From NCBI GenBank assembly GCA_050951565.1, contig JBMNJH010000007.1:14515-78514 (forward strand): a DNA stretch of 64,000 nucleotides, in the 5' to 3' direction. The notes below the pieces were generated by a model that saw nothing but the letters and a program-made list of their open reading frames with translations, did not search any database and had not been told where the DNA came from. Both the position numbers and the translations under genes were made by a program. This DNA comes from Peptococcia bacterium. Lineage in GTDB: Bacteria; Bacillota; Peptococcia; DRI-13; DTU073. Of the stretch, positions 35,134 through 44,409 are shown one piece after another. Numbering within the stretch: the stretch's first letter is position 1; each line of letters begins with the position of its first letter.

Positions 35134-37309
35134 TGGACAAATTGCCTCCCTTCATCGCTTCCAGCACATTCTCCGGATACTCGATGCGCGTGTGGAATAT
35201 GCCGCTTAAAATCCGGGTAAAAGCGATGGCGATTAAATCTAAGTCCTTAAAAGTTAATTCACATTCGTCCAGTTGACCGTCCTCCAGGCGCTCTTTAATC
35301 ATTTTGCGGACCAGCCCTTCGATCTTGCCCGGACTGGGCGAACTCATGGAACGAACCGCCGCTTCCACACTATCCGCCAGCATAATAATCGCGGCTTCCT
35401 TGGATTGGGGTTTTTCGGCATGATAACGGTATTCATCTTCCTTAATACTATCAGAATTCCCCATTTCCAACGCTTTATGATAAAAATAGGTGACTAAGCC
35501 CGTCCCATGGTGCTGGGCAATCAGGTCGATGACCTCTGCCGGCAAGTTCTCCTGCCGGGCGATTTCCACCCCGTCTTTCACATGGGAAGTAATAATCAAG
35601 GCGCTTAAAGAAGGTGACAGCTTTTCATGGGGGTTTTCCCCGCCCATCTGGTTCTCGGTGAAAAAGTACGGGCGCCTCAGCTTCCCGATATCGTGATAAA
35701 AAGCCCCTACCCGCACTAACAAGGAATCGGCTCCCACCGCATCCGCCGCCGCCTCCGCCAGATTCCCCACCATAATACTGTGATGATAGGTGCCGGGCGC
35801 TTCAATTAAAAGCCTTTTCAGTAACGGCTGATTAGGATTGGAAAGCTCCAAAAGCCGCACACTGGTGGTAATCTTAAAACACGATTCTAAAAAGGGCAAA
35901 CTGCCATAAGCGAAGATCGCCGAAACGATCCCGTTGATTACCCCGATGGAGCCGCCAATCAACAGAACATACCATTGCTCGTTGTTCATCAGTTCCATTG
36001 ACGTAATGGTAAAAACATTGGCCAGGGAAATAAACAAGCCTGCTTTAACCCAGTCAAAATGCCGGTTAAATTTTGCGACGCTGTATATACCAACCAAGCC
36101 GCTGACAAAACCCGTAATCGCGTAGGAAAGCTCATTTCCGGTCATAATGCCGATATAAAAGCATAAGAGCACGGTCATAAAAATGGCCAAAGCCGTATCC
36201 AGCAAAATGGCAATAAGCATGGAAAAGGTCGCTACCGGAATCAAATAGCCGGCCAGCCTGGCAATCTCCGGATTAGAACTGATATTAATTGAAGAAATTA
36301 AATGAATAAATAACAGCGCGACAAAAGAAATCAAGCCCAGCAAGACAAAATTAAAGCCCTTCTGGTATAAATGCCTGCGATAGAATTTCAAATAAATGAC
36401 GACCAGCACCGACGCCAGGGCCGTAAAAAGGCTAATCCCTAAAAGCGTAATATAAGGTGCAGCCGAACGTTTATAGCCCAATGCTTCCAGAATGCGAATA
36501 TGCTCGGCGGTGACTACTTCCCCTTCTTCGATGATTTTTTGTCCTTTTCGCACTTCCACCATTACAACGCCTTGGCTTTGCGAGGCTTCACGCTTCGCCT
36601 TTAAGGTGGCTTCCTCATCCAACAGATAATTTGTCTGGAAATCCACTTGATCGAAAACGGACCTTAACAAGTTTTTATAAGGAACCGTAAGATTCAACAA
36701 ATCCAACTGGTTGTAGAGTTCCGTTTTTTTCTTCACGACTTCGTCTTCCCGGACGCCGTCCTGCCAATGGTTTTTTAATAAAGTCATCGCTTCCAACTGC
36801 AATATTTTAATCGTATCCGCATCTAAAGACACCAACGCCCGCACCGTTCCTTCGGTGAGCCCAAACTTTTCTTCCAGCAAGGCCATTTTTTCCGTGCTGC
36901 TGCGTTCAGAGTTAATAATCGCTTCTAAATCAGCAAAACGATCGTTGACCGTCTGTTCCATTTTCGTCAAAACACTGCGGTCTAAGATATAAACCTCCTT
37001 AATGTTGTCTTCCGCCTGTTTCTTCCGTTCCGCTGTTTTGGCAGTGTCTTCAAAAGTTTTGGTTTGGGGCGCTTTTATCGTCCTGGGCGAAACCTGTCCT
37101 TCCTGTACCGGCAAATCCTCCGGCAGGAAATGAATAGCAAAAATAATCAGAATCCCCAGGAAAAAAGCCAGAAAAGAAACAATATTTCTCACCCGGCGGT
37201 TGCCGAAAACCGCGCCGGATTGCCGAAGTAATGTCGCCTTCATTTTCTGCGTTTCGATTGTAATCTCCTCCTCACTGTCCTTCCCATTCCTGGAGCGCAT
37301 GGCGAACAC
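35045..37309 (-). CDS. pgpH: 7TM-receptor/HD-domain phosphohydrolase (YqfF/PgpH-like cyclic-di-AMP phosphodiesterase)
   Basis: 754 aa. Extracellular N domain, seven TM segments and an HD domain (HHSIMVGNLAE...FYHDIGK). It has a ~35-aa low-complexity C-terminal tail that overlaps ybeY. Confidence 0.85.
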   Translation of the reverse strand: MFAMRSRNGKDSEEEITIETQKMKATLLRQSGAVFGNRRVRNIVSFLAFFLGILIIFAIHFLPEDLPVQEGQVSPRTIKAPQTKTFEDTAKTAERKKQAEDNIKEVYILDRSVLTKMEQTVNDRFADLEAIINSERSSTEKMALLEEKFGLTEGTVRALVSLDADTIKILQLEAMTLLKNHWQDGVREDEVVKKKTELYNQLDLLNLTVPYKNLLRSVFDQVDFQTNYLLDEEATLKAKREASQSQGVVMVEVRKGQKIIEEGEVVTAEHIRILEALGYKRSAAPYITLLGISLFTALASVLVVIYLKFYRRHLYQKGFNFVLLGLISFVALLFIHLISSINISSNPEIARLAGYLIPVATFSMLIAILLDTALAIFMTVLLCFYIGIMTGNELSYAITGFVSGLVGIYSVAKFNRHFDWVKAGLFISLANVFTITSMELMNNEQWYVLLIGGSIGVINGIVSAIFAYGSLPFLESCFKITTSVRLLELSNPNQPLLKRLLIEAPGTYHHSIMVGNLAEAAADAVGADSLLVRVGAFYHDIGKLRRPYFFTENQMGGENPHEKLSPSLSALIITSHVKDGVEIARQENLPAEVIDLIAQHHGTGLVTYFYHKALEMGNSDSIKEDEYRYHAEKPQSKEAAIIMLADSVEAAVRSMSSPSPGKIEGLVRKMIKERLEDGQLDECELTFKDLDLIAIAFTRILSGIFHTRIEYPENVLEAMKGGNLSSEDSSGEPTGERHNNSNHGNGDLPGGGGN

Positions 37310-38338
37310 TTAGCTGTTATTGGAATTGTTTTCTTCGGCCTCCTGGTATTTCTCGTAGGCCAGAACAATCCTTTGCACAACAGGATGACGAATGACGTCT
37401 GCCTGCGTAAGGTATTGAAAGCTAATCCCTTCCAGCCCCTTCAAGATATTCTGCACGACAACCAAACCCGAATTAGAGTTTCTGGGCAAATCCACCTGGG
37501 TAACGTCACCGGTCACAACCGCTTTCGAACCAAAGCCCAGTCGGGTGAGAAACATCTTCATTTGTTCAGGAGTAGTGTTCTGGGCTTCGTCTAAAATAAT
37601 GAAGGAATCATCCAAAGTCCTCCCCCGCATATAGGCAAGGGGAGCCACCTCAATCACCGACCGGTCCATATACCGCTGGGCCGTTTCAATCCCTAAAATA
37701 TCGTACAAACCATCATAAAGCGGCCTTAAATAAGGATTGACTTTTTCCTGCATATCACCCGGCAGAAAGCCGAGTTTTTCGCCGGCTTCCACCGCCGGAC
37801 GGGTCAAAACGATGCGATTTACTTCTTTCTTCTTCAAAGCGGAAACGGCCATTACCACTGCTAAATAGGTCTTCCCTGTCCCGGCCGGGCCGATGCCGAA
37901 GGTAATGTCGTTTTTCCTGATTGCTTGTACATAATGATATTGCCCAACCGTCTTGGGTTTGATCTGTTTCCCGCGGGCGGTGACCTGAATCACCTGATTC
38001 AGCATTTCCGAAAGCTGCTCTCCCTGGCCTTCCAGCACAGCCTGAATACAGTAATTAATACCAGGAATGGAGATGGCATTACCCTTTTTAATTAAATCAA
38101 TCAACTGCTGGAGCACGGCGCCGGCGAACTCAACTTCCTGTTCGGTCCCGGTGAGGTGAATGTCGCCACCACGGGCCACAATCTTCGCGCCCAGATGATT
38201 TTCCAAAAACCGCAGATTCTCGTCCTGTAATCCATATAATTCTGCCGCTTCCTGATTAGTAAGGCTAAAGTGTTTTTCCGTTAACTCCGTCAAATTATCT
38301 ACCTTCCTTATTCCTTTTTCTCTTTGTTTTCTTTCCAT
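37310..38338 (-). CDS. phoH: PhoH-family ATPase
   Basis: GPAGTGKTYLAV (Walker A), FIILDEAQN (Walker B) and an N-terminal KH-like region. Confidence 0.9.
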   Translation of the reverse strand: MERKQREKGIRKVDNLTELTEKHFSLTNQEAAELYGLQDENLRFLENHLGAKIVARGGDIHLTGTEQEVEFAGAVLQQLIDLIKKGNAISIPGINYCIQAVLEGQGEQLSEMLNQVIQVTARGKQIKPKTVGQYHYVQAIRKNDITFGIGPAGTGKTYLAVVMAVSALKKKEVNRIVLTRPAVEAGEKLGFLPGDMQEKVNPYLRPLYDGLYDILGIETAQRYMDRSVIEVAPLAYMRGRTLDDSFIILDEAQNTTPEQMKMFLTRLGFGSKAVVTGDVTQVDLPRNSNSGLVVVQNILKGLEGISFQYLTQADVIRHPVVQRIVLAYEKYQEAEENNSNNS

Positions 38339-38397
38339 GAATTAATCCAGCCCTATTTTTTTAACTATTTAATTATACCCTATCTTTCATTAACAAT

Positions 38398-39621
38398 CTA
38401 TCGTTGGGGATAGGTCCCGATGTTCTCCACTGTTTCCAGGACATACTTCAAGGCGACTGCTCCTTTATCCGGCCAGGGAATCGGTTCCGCCGAACGGTTC
38501 ACAATTTTATAATCCTGGGGCAACTCCCGCCTTAATGCTTCATGAGCCCTGCGCGCCGCTTCCTGAAAGGCACCTTCAATGCCCCAGTAATGTGTTTCAC
38601 AATTTTGCTCTTTATAGACAATAGTAATTAATTCGACAGTCCCCTGCAAATTCCTTCCTTTCCACTCAAGAAGTGGCTTGACCTGACGAATCGACCGAAA
38701 GTGGGCATAGGGGGCTTCTTTCGTGCCCCGCAGATAAATTTCCTTCCCCCCAAAATTAAGACAAATGGTTTGCATCTCCGCCCCCGTATCTTTCAGCACG
38801 GTTTCCTGGATGGGACAATACATTTTTTTGCTGCGGGACACCCGGGCCCGTACCACCCCTTTGGCCCGCACCGCTTCCGGTTCCCCGCCGGGGCTGATTT
38901 GCCCGTCTTCTGCTACAATGATCTGCGGGTAAACGTAGCCGGCAATCAATAGCTGTCCCTTTTCTACCGGATCCCCCTCCTGCACCAGAGGGGTTCCTTT
39001 CATCACCAGGATTTCCTCGATTACGCCGTCCACCCGGGCCACCAAATCGGCTGGCTTCTTTTCATCATCGGCCGGGGGAAAGGTTTTTTCCGCTACCTCA
39101 ATAATCATTTTCGTTCCTTGCCCCCGAATTCCCACCCAGGAAAGCTCCGGGATTTCAAGCAGTAAACTTTCCGCCAGTTCATTGCAGTCAACAGCTTTTT
39201 GGGGTACTCCCCTTTTTAGCCCCAACTCCTGGCTTTTCGTGAGAATAAGCTCCGCCGGGACCAGTTTGTTACCCGTCACTTCCACCACCCAAACAAAGGA
39301 ACTGAAAAAATACAAACTCAAACAAAAAAAGAAAGTACCGAAGACGAGTACTTTTCTTCTTTTGGCTTTCATTAAATAAAAAGGGATTCCCTTTTTTTGC
39401 AGCAGCTTCACCCGGCAGGAGGAGCGCCTGATGAGGGAACGAAAGGCCTTGTACCCTCCCACGCTGACTTTTAACCGGTACTGATGCGGTTTTTCCTGCC
39501 GGATATCCCAAATGGTAATCCCCCTGCTTAAAGCCATATTGATGATTCTTTCGGGCTGAGACCCCTGCAAAGCTACTTCCACATAACCGGAGAGGCCCGA
39601 AATCCATTTCATGTCAACCAC
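38398..39621 (-). CDS. yqfD: Sporulation protein YqfD
   Basis: 407 aa with a single central TM segment. The N-terminal pattern YVEVALQGSQPERIINMALSRGITIWDI is typical of YqfD. It directly follows yqfC. Confidence 0.8.
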   Translation of the reverse strand: MVDMKWISGLSGYVEVALQGSQPERIINMALSRGITIWDIRQEKPHQYRLKVSVGGYKAFRSLIRRSSCRVKLLQKKGIPFYLMKAKRRKVLVFGTFFFCLSLYFFSSFVWVVEVTGNKLVPAELILTKSQELGLKRGVPQKAVDCNELAESLLLEIPELSWVGIRGQGTKMIIEVAEKTFPPADDEKKPADLVARVDGVIEEILVMKGTPLVQEGDPVEKGQLLIAGYVYPQIIVAEDGQISPGGEPEAVRAKGVVRARVSRSKKMYCPIQETVLKDTGAEMQTICLNFGGKEIYLRGTKEAPYAHFRSIRQVKPLLEWKGRNLQGTVELITIVYKEQNCETHYWGIEGAFQEAARRAHEALRRELPQDYKIVNRSAEPIPWPDKGAVALKYVLETVENIGTYPQR

Positions 39622-39876
39622 CTACCGGTAATATTTTAAAGCGGCGATTTCCCCTTCAATCAGTATTTCGTCCCGGCTGATATTCCGAATCATTAAATCC
39701 CGCCCCGTAATCTCCATTTCTCCTAAATTTACGGCAATCCGGATTTTTTCCGCCCTATACTCAATCACGCCACGGTGATTTTCCATCAACAACTGAGCCT
39801 GCCCGATGAGGGTCGTTTTGGGTAAATCATAAACAATTTCCTTCGGTAAATCTAAAAAGTCGGTTAGTTTATCCAT
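39622..39876 (-). CDS. yqfC: Sporulation protein YqfC
   Basis: MDKLTDFLDLPKEIVYDLPKTTLIGQAQLLMENHRGVIEYRAEKIRI is the YabP/YqfC family pattern. Start moved to ATG 39876, after AGGAGAGGGG. Confidence 0.85.
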   Translation of the reverse strand: MDKLTDFLDLPKEIVYDLPKTTLIGQAQLLMENHRGVIEYRAEKIRIAVNLGEMEITGRDLMIRNISRDEILIEGEIAALKYYR

Positions 39877-39975
39877 TGAGATCCCCTCTCCTAACTGTAA
39901 AATAATCTTATGCCTTTCCCTCGGAAAACAGAACCAAAACAGCGCCCTTTTCAACTAAAAAGCCCCACGAGGCAC

Positions 39976-40020
39976 AAAAAAACTGCCTCATCATGGTAAC
40001 TTTTATCCATGATGAGACAG
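39976..40020 (-). terminator. Rho-independent terminator ending the nfeD-floA-yqfB-like unit
   Basis: CTGTCTCATCATGG / CCATGATGAGGCAG stem. On the minus strand it is followed by TTTTTTTG. Confidence 0.8.
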
Positions 40021-40034
40021 CTTCCGAAAGTTTC

Positions 40035-40550
40035 CTAAAAACGATACCCCATCCCCAAGCCCCTGCGGCGTTGCAAGGCCTTGGGCTTTTGTAAAATCTC
40101 ACTCCAGGCCACCATCTGTTGTAAATTCACTCCGGCCAAAGCCATTGGATAGCCGGATGTTGATAGTTCCCCTTCGCCCGGCCCAGGCGCGGAACGAACG
40201 CTGGGCTTGATTACAGCTAGCGAACTATCGACAGGGGCGGACCCTGCCGGGGTATTGCCCGCAAGCCCTTCCATTGTTGTTTGAGCCTCCCCGGGAAGAC
40301 TGTATCCCTCCATTGACTCACGATAGTAGTCTCCCCAGTCCTCCTCCTCGTAAGAAGGCTCTTCTTCCCATGCTCTCCAGGGTTCCGCTTGCGCCTCCTG
40401 CCTTGGTTCGACTACCGGTTCAAAAGACGGTGGAGGCTCCACCTGACAAGGCCGCGGCGGCGTTTCCCTGCTCATCCCCTGCCTACGGTCCTTGAAGGCC
40501 CGGGAAAATATGATCAACAAGAAAATCAGAAAACCTATTAAATCTTCCAA
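40035..40550 (-). CDS. YqfB-position small membrane-anchored protein with an acidic/proline-rich linker
   Basis: N-terminal TM segment (LIGFLIFLLIIFS), then a Pro/Glu-rich low-complexity region. Assigned by position (downstream of floA) only. Confidence 0.4.
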   Translation of the reverse strand: MEDLIGFLIFLLIIFSRAFKDRRQGMSRETPPRPCQVEPPPSFEPVVEPRQEAQAEPWRAWEEEPSYEEEDWGDYYRESMEGYSLPGEAQTTMEGLAGNTPAGSAPVDSSLAVIKPSVRSAPGPGEGELSTSGYPMALAGVNLQQMVAWSEILQKPKALQRRRGLGMGYRF

Positions 40551-40621
40551 GGGGCTCCCCCCTTTCTTAAACTCATTTTTCCGTCTGTCTTATTACGACG
40601 TCAGCCCTGTTCCTGTATCCT

Positions 40622-41614
40622 TTATCTGCCTTGTTCCTGATTATTGGGTACGGTGCCCTTGGCAATTGCTTCCCGCATACCGGTATCGGCCAGGATATTC
40701 TGCAACTGATAGTAATCCATAACGCCCAGTTTGCCTTCCCGCAGCGCCTGCGCCATCGCTTGGGGAACTTCGGCCTCTGCTTCCACAACCTTCGCCCGCA
40801 TCTCCTGGGTCATCGCCTTCATTTCCTGTTCACGGGCTACCGCCAAGGCCCGGCGTTCCTCGGCCTTGGCCTGGGCGATCCGCTTGTCGGCTTCCGCCTG
40901 ATCGGTTTGCAGTTGGGCACCGATGTTCCGTCCCACATCCACGTCGGCAATATCAATCGACAAAATCTCAAACGCCGTTCCCGCATCCAGCCCCTTGTTC
41001 AGCACGGTCCGCGAAATTAGATCGGGGTTTTCCAAGACGGCCTTATGAGTTTCCGAGCTACCAACCGTGGTGACAATTCCTTCGCCGACCCGGGCAATAA
41101 CAGTTTCTTCCCCGGCACCCCCCACCAGACGGTCAATATTCGCTCTTACCGTGACCCTGGCTTTAGCCCTTACTTCAATCCCGTTTTTGGCCATCGCCGA
41201 CACAGTCGGGGTTTCAATCACCCGCGGATTAACGCTCATCTGCACGGCTTCCAAAACATTGCGCCCGGCTAAATCAATGGCGGCCGCCCGTTCAAAAGGC
41301 AAAGGAATATTGGCTCTGGCCGCCGCGATTAAAGCGTTGACCACCCGGTCCACGTTTCCGCCCGCCAGGTAATGGGCTTCCAACTGATTGGTGCTCACAT
41401 TAATGCCGGCCTTATCCGCTTTAATCAAGCTGTTGACAATTAAGGCAGGCGGTACCCTTCTAAAGCGCATCCCCACCAAAGTAAAGATCCCGATCCGAAC
41501 CCCGGCGGCCCAGGCGGAAATCCACAGCCCCACCGGGATAAAACTAAACAACACCGCCACAAAAACCAGGATAAGCGCAAACATGATGATGATGGAAATA
41601 ATAGCTGGATCCAC
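40622..41614 (-). CDS. floA: Flotillin-like protein FloA (YqfA)
   Basis: 330 aa. An N-terminal hairpin TM, the SPFH-like core ([27 protein letters not shown]) and an Ala/Glu-rich coiled coil. GTG start after GGGAGG. Confidence 0.9.
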   Translation of the reverse strand: MDPAIISIIIMFALILVFVAVLFSFIPVGLWISAWAAGVRIGIFTLVGMRFRRVPPALIVNSLIKADKAGINVSTNQLEAHYLAGGNVDRVVNALIAAARANIPLPFERAAAIDLAGRNVLEAVQMSVNPRVIETPTVSAMAKNGIEVRAKARVTVRANIDRLVGGAGEETVIARVGEGIVTTVGSSETHKAVLENPDLISRTVLNKGLDAGTAFEILSIDIADVDVGRNIGAQLQTDQAEADKRIAQAKAEERRALAVAREQEMKAMTQEMRAKVVEAEAEVPQAMAQALREGKLGVMDYYQLQNILADTGMREAIAKGTVPNNQEQGR

Positions 41615-41694
41615 AAAAATACCTCCCTTTTTTTGCCGTATTGCATACGGTTTTTCTTTACCTTATGTTAAGCTGCTTATTATGCCCTACATTG

Positions 41695-41788
41695 TTAATT
41701 AAAGCTGCTGATTTAATTGAGGCTGCCGTTTTAATGGAAACGGCTGTGCTTAATTGAAACAACCGTTCTTCATTGAAATTACCGTGAC
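41695..41788. repeat. Five tandem degenerate 18-20 bp repeats in the nfeD-floA spacer
   Basis: The units start at 41695, 41713, 41731, 41750 and 41769. They are TTAATTAAAGCTGCTGAT, TTAATTGAGGCTGCCGTT, TTAATGGAAACGGCTGTGC, TTAATTGAAACAACCGTTC and TTCATTGAAATTACCGTGAC. A related half-unit GTTAAGCTGCT sits at 41667. An internal hairpin GCCGTTT/AAACGGC lies at 41725-41744. Confidence 0.75.
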
Positions 41789-41799
41789 TACCCGGGCTT

Positions 41800-43119
41800 T
41801 CATTCCTGCTTGACTTCCCGCACCACCAGGCTGACCCCTTCCGCACGCACCACCTCTACTTGCGCCCCTTTCTGAATAAAAGCGCCGTCCGTCACCACGT
41901 CAAGCTTCGTACCATCTTCAAGCAGAACAGTACCGGCAGGACGCAGAAGCGTTACCGCTTCCCCGCGTTTCCCTACGTAAATCGATAAATCCTCCTTCTG
42001 CGGGACGTATCCGGCCTCTGTATTATATTTTGTCCCCAAAACTAGTTTATCCCATATTTTCCGCCGGGTTAATACTTTGAAACTGATCAACACCAGCACA
42101 ATCGTCCCTGCCAGGGCCAGAACCAAAGAAATAATCCCGGTTTCCCAGTTGGGAGCAGCAATGATGATACTTGCGGCAATACTGATGATGCCGCCGATCC
42201 CCGGTAAACCAAAGCCCGGGAAAAAGGCTTCCACGGCAAGGAGAATGATTCCCAGTAAAAAGAGTAAAATAGCTTCCCAACCGCTAAAGCCGGCCATCAG
42301 GTGCCCGCCGAAATAAAGGGTTAACGAGATAATCCCTATTAAACCGGCAATCCCAAAGCCCACCGTAAAAAGTTCAATGACGATTCCGGCAATGCCGATC
42401 ATCAACAGCAAAGAAGCAATATAGGGATTGGTGGCAAAGCGGGTGAGGGTCTCGGCGGTGGATTGCTTGCCGATGATGATTTCCGCACCGTCCATCTCCA
42501 GGGCTTTCAGCAATTCTTCCCGGTCTTGCACGATATAATCCGCAAAACCGTGTTCCTGCGCCTGCCGGTAGGTAAGGGTTAGCAACTTCCCTTTTTCAAT
42601 GACACCGGGAATTTCGATACCCCGATCCACCATGGCCATGGCAATCGTCCTGTCCCGGCCGTATTTTTCGGCAGCAGCGCCCATTTCGGCCGCCCAGAAG
42701 GACAAAATCTTTTCATCGACCTTCTCCCCGGTGCTCAGTTGGGGTTCGGCATCACCAATGGTGGAACCCGGCACCATGGCAATTTTCGGGCAGGCCAGCG
42801 TAATGTACGCGCCTGCGGAAATTGCTCCTCCTTTGACCAAAGCCACCACCGGGGTTTTTGTGCGGTCGATGGACTTGCGAATCTCCATGGCGGAATCCAC
42901 CATTCCGCCCGGCGTGTCGATCTCCAAAAGGATAAGATCCGCCTGCTCTTCTTCGGCTTCGCCGATACTTCTTTCAATGAAACTAGCGAGTCCCGGATCA
43001 ATCATTTCTTCCACCGGGACCACATACACCTTGGGGGCAGGCGCGGCCAAAGCGTTTGCCCCCAAAAAACAAACCAGGAGCATCCAAAGCAGACTTGTTA
43101 AAAATATTCTTCTTTTCAT
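41800..43119 (-). CDS. nfeD: NfeD-family membrane-bound ClpP-class serine protease (YqeZ-like)
   Basis: Signal peptide, ClpP/crotonase-like domain (IDTPGGMVDSAMEI), four or five TM segments and a C-terminal NfeD OB-fold. Start moved to ATG 43119. Confidence 0.85.
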   Translation of the reverse strand: MKRRIFLTSLLWMLLVCFLGANALAAPAPKVYVVPVEEMIDPGLASFIERSIGEAEEEQADLILLEIDTPGGMVDSAMEIRKSIDRTKTPVVALVKGGAISAGAYITLACPKIAMVPGSTIGDAEPQLSTGEKVDEKILSFWAAEMGAAAEKYGRDRTIAMAMVDRGIEIPGVIEKGKLLTLTYRQAQEHGFADYIVQDREELLKALEMDGAEIIIGKQSTAETLTRFATNPYIASLLLMIGIAGIVIELFTVGFGIAGLIGIISLTLYFGGHLMAGFSGWEAILLFLLGIILLAVEAFFPGFGLPGIGGIISIAASIIIAAPNWETGIISLVLALAGTIVLVLISFKVLTRRKIWDKLVLGTKYNTEAGYVPQKEDLSIYVGKRGEAVTLLRPAGTVLLEDGTKLDVVTDGAFIQKGAQVEVVRAEGVSLVVREVKQE

Positions 43120-43266
43120 TTTCCACCCCAAACGTCAAATTTTAATACTATTATACTTTAGCGTTCTGTTAACGTAAATATCAACCTTCTAAAAAGCATC
43201 CGCCCTTACCGGCCGGGGGTTGACCATATGTGTCACAATTCGCCATTATTACCTGATTTTTTACTA

Positions 43267-43295
43267 TTGCCAAACGGAAAATTATTTTATATAAT
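43267..43295 (+). promoter_or_regulatory. Candidate sigma-A promoter of the SLT gene
   Basis: TTGCCA (43267-43272), a 17-nt spacer, then TATAAT (43290-43295). The short leader carries a TTGGCGC/GCGCCAA hairpin (43305-43326). Confidence 0.5.
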
Positions 43296-43358
43296 ATATA
43301 GTGTTTGGCGCATTCTTTTGCGCCAAAATTTTCCATTTTATAAAGGTAGGAGGTTTTT

Positions 43359-44018
43359 GTGTTTAGCAGTAAGTACAACAAAATACCGTTGCTCTTTCTG
43401 TTTTGTACAGCGGTAACCGTTGCGGCAATTTTCTGTTATTGCGAACTTTACGAAGAAAACAATCTTTTAAAACAACAACTACTGAATACGCACGAAGAAA
43501 CCACGCAATTGAAAGAAGAACTATCTAAAACCCAGGAGGAAGCAAAAATCTTAAAAGAACAACTGACCACAATCAACCGGTTCGCACAGATTTACAACAC
43601 CAGCCCCGAAGTAATCTCTCTCGTTTTTCGGGAAAGTGAGAAAAACGGAGTTCACCCCGGAATCATGCTGGAATTAATTAAAACGGAAAGTAACTTTGAT
43701 CCCAAGGCGGTGAGCAAAGACGGCGCCAAAGGATTGTGCCAGATCCAACCGACAACGGCTCGCGAGCTTTGCCGGGAATTAGGAATAAGCTTTACGCCGC
43801 AAAAGCTTTTCAACAGCGACTTCAACATCACCTTGGGTGCTTATTACTTAAAGAAATTACTAAAGAGCAACAATGGGGACTATCATCGCGCCCTTACTGC
43901 TTACAACCGGGGTCCCGCGGGGCTGGAAGCCTATATGCGTAACCGGGGAACCGCTGTCAGCAGATACTCGCAACGCATCAGCAGTAGAGGGATGCAATAT
44001 CACAACCCCAACCAATAA
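43359..44018 (+). CDS. Membrane-anchored lytic transglycosylase (SLT domain) with a coiled-coil linker
   Basis: GTG start after GGAGG. TM anchor, coiled coil and the SLT catalytic motif LIKTESNFDPKAVSKDGAKGLCQIQPTTA ... AYNRGP. Confidence 0.85.
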   Translation: MFSSKYNKIPLLFLFCTAVTVAAIFCYCELYEENNLLKQQLLNTHEETTQLKEELSKTQEEAKILKEQLTTINRFAQIYNTSPEVISLVFRESEKNGVHPGIMLELIKTESNFDPKAVSKDGAKGLCQIQPTTARELCRELGISFTPQKLFNSDFNITLGAYYLKKLLKSNNGDYHRALTAYNRGPAGLEAYMRNRGTAVSRYSQRISSRGMQYHNPNQ

Positions 44019-44025
44019 CTCAAAA

Positions 44026-44070
44026 AACCCGGAGAATGATTGCCAGCAATCATCCTACCGGGTTTTTTCT
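44026..44070. terminator. Bidirectional rho-independent terminator (SLT gene on +, rpsU on -)
   Basis: AACCCGG...CCGGGTT outer stem with an ATGATTG/CAATCAT inner stem. It is flanked by AAAAAA on the left and TTTTTTC on the right. Confidence 0.8.
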
Positions 44071-44105
44071 TCCTCCAAACCAACTGTTTTTTGAAAAACT
44101 TACTC

Positions 44106-44282
44106 TTATCTGAACCTGCGCTTCCTGGCAGCTTCCGATTTCTTTTTCCTCTTCACACTTGGTTTTTCATAATGTTCATGCTTCCTATATTCGGCAAGAA
44201 CACCTGCTTTCTGACAAGTACGCTTAAAGCGGCGGAGTGCACTATCAAGAGTTTCGTTTTTGCCTACTCTCACTTCGCTCAT
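44106..44282 (-). CDS. rpsU: 30S ribosomal protein S21 (58 aa), missing from the ORF track
   Basis: Manual translation gives [71 protein letters not shown]. Confidence 0.95.
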   Translation of the reverse strand: MSEVRVGKNETLDSALRRFKRTCQKAGVLAEYRKHEHYEKPSVKRKKKSEAARKRRFR

Positions 44283-44377
44283 TCCTTTTCCCTCCCTCCA
44301 CTACGACCGTCTTGCTAACAAACTTGCCACGTAGCTTGCCGCAAAGATTGCACGGAAAAGTAAAATAACACACCACT

Positions 44378-44406
44378 ATTATACTTAAAGAGCAATAGGG
44401 GGTCAA
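44378..44406 (-). promoter_or_regulatory. Near-consensus sigma-A promoter of rpsU
   Basis: TTGACC (44406-44401), a 17-nt spacer, then TATAAT (44383-44378). The ~90-nt leader contains three GCAAG motifs (two as GGCAAG). Confidence 0.6.
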
Positions 44407-44409
44407 GAA

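Noticed and set aside
41658-41846. A 62-aa track ORF spanning the nfeD-floA spacer. I also asked whether the repeat array could be a mini-CRISPR.
   Set aside because: The ORF overlaps the nfeD 3' end out of frame and has no RBS. The repeat period (18/18/19/19) is not frame-preserving. The units are contiguous with no unique spacers and are far shorter than CRISPR repeats.
43181-43416. Two short ORFs (66 aa on the minus strand, 62 aa on the plus strand) in the nfeD/SLT divergent region.
   Set aside because: The region is AT-rich promoter sequence. Neither ORF has an RBS, and they overlap the predicted SLT promoter and leader hairpin.
35045-44300. I asked whether the yqfC/yqfD, phoH, pgpH and ybeY block or the nfeD-floA unit hides a novel system.
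   Set aside because: Gene content and order match the well-known Bacillus yqe-yqf core region. Only the specific anomalies reported as findings stand out.
44040-44318. A 92-aa plus-strand ORF.
   Set aside because: It is exactly antisense to rpsU (S21), which is unambiguous.
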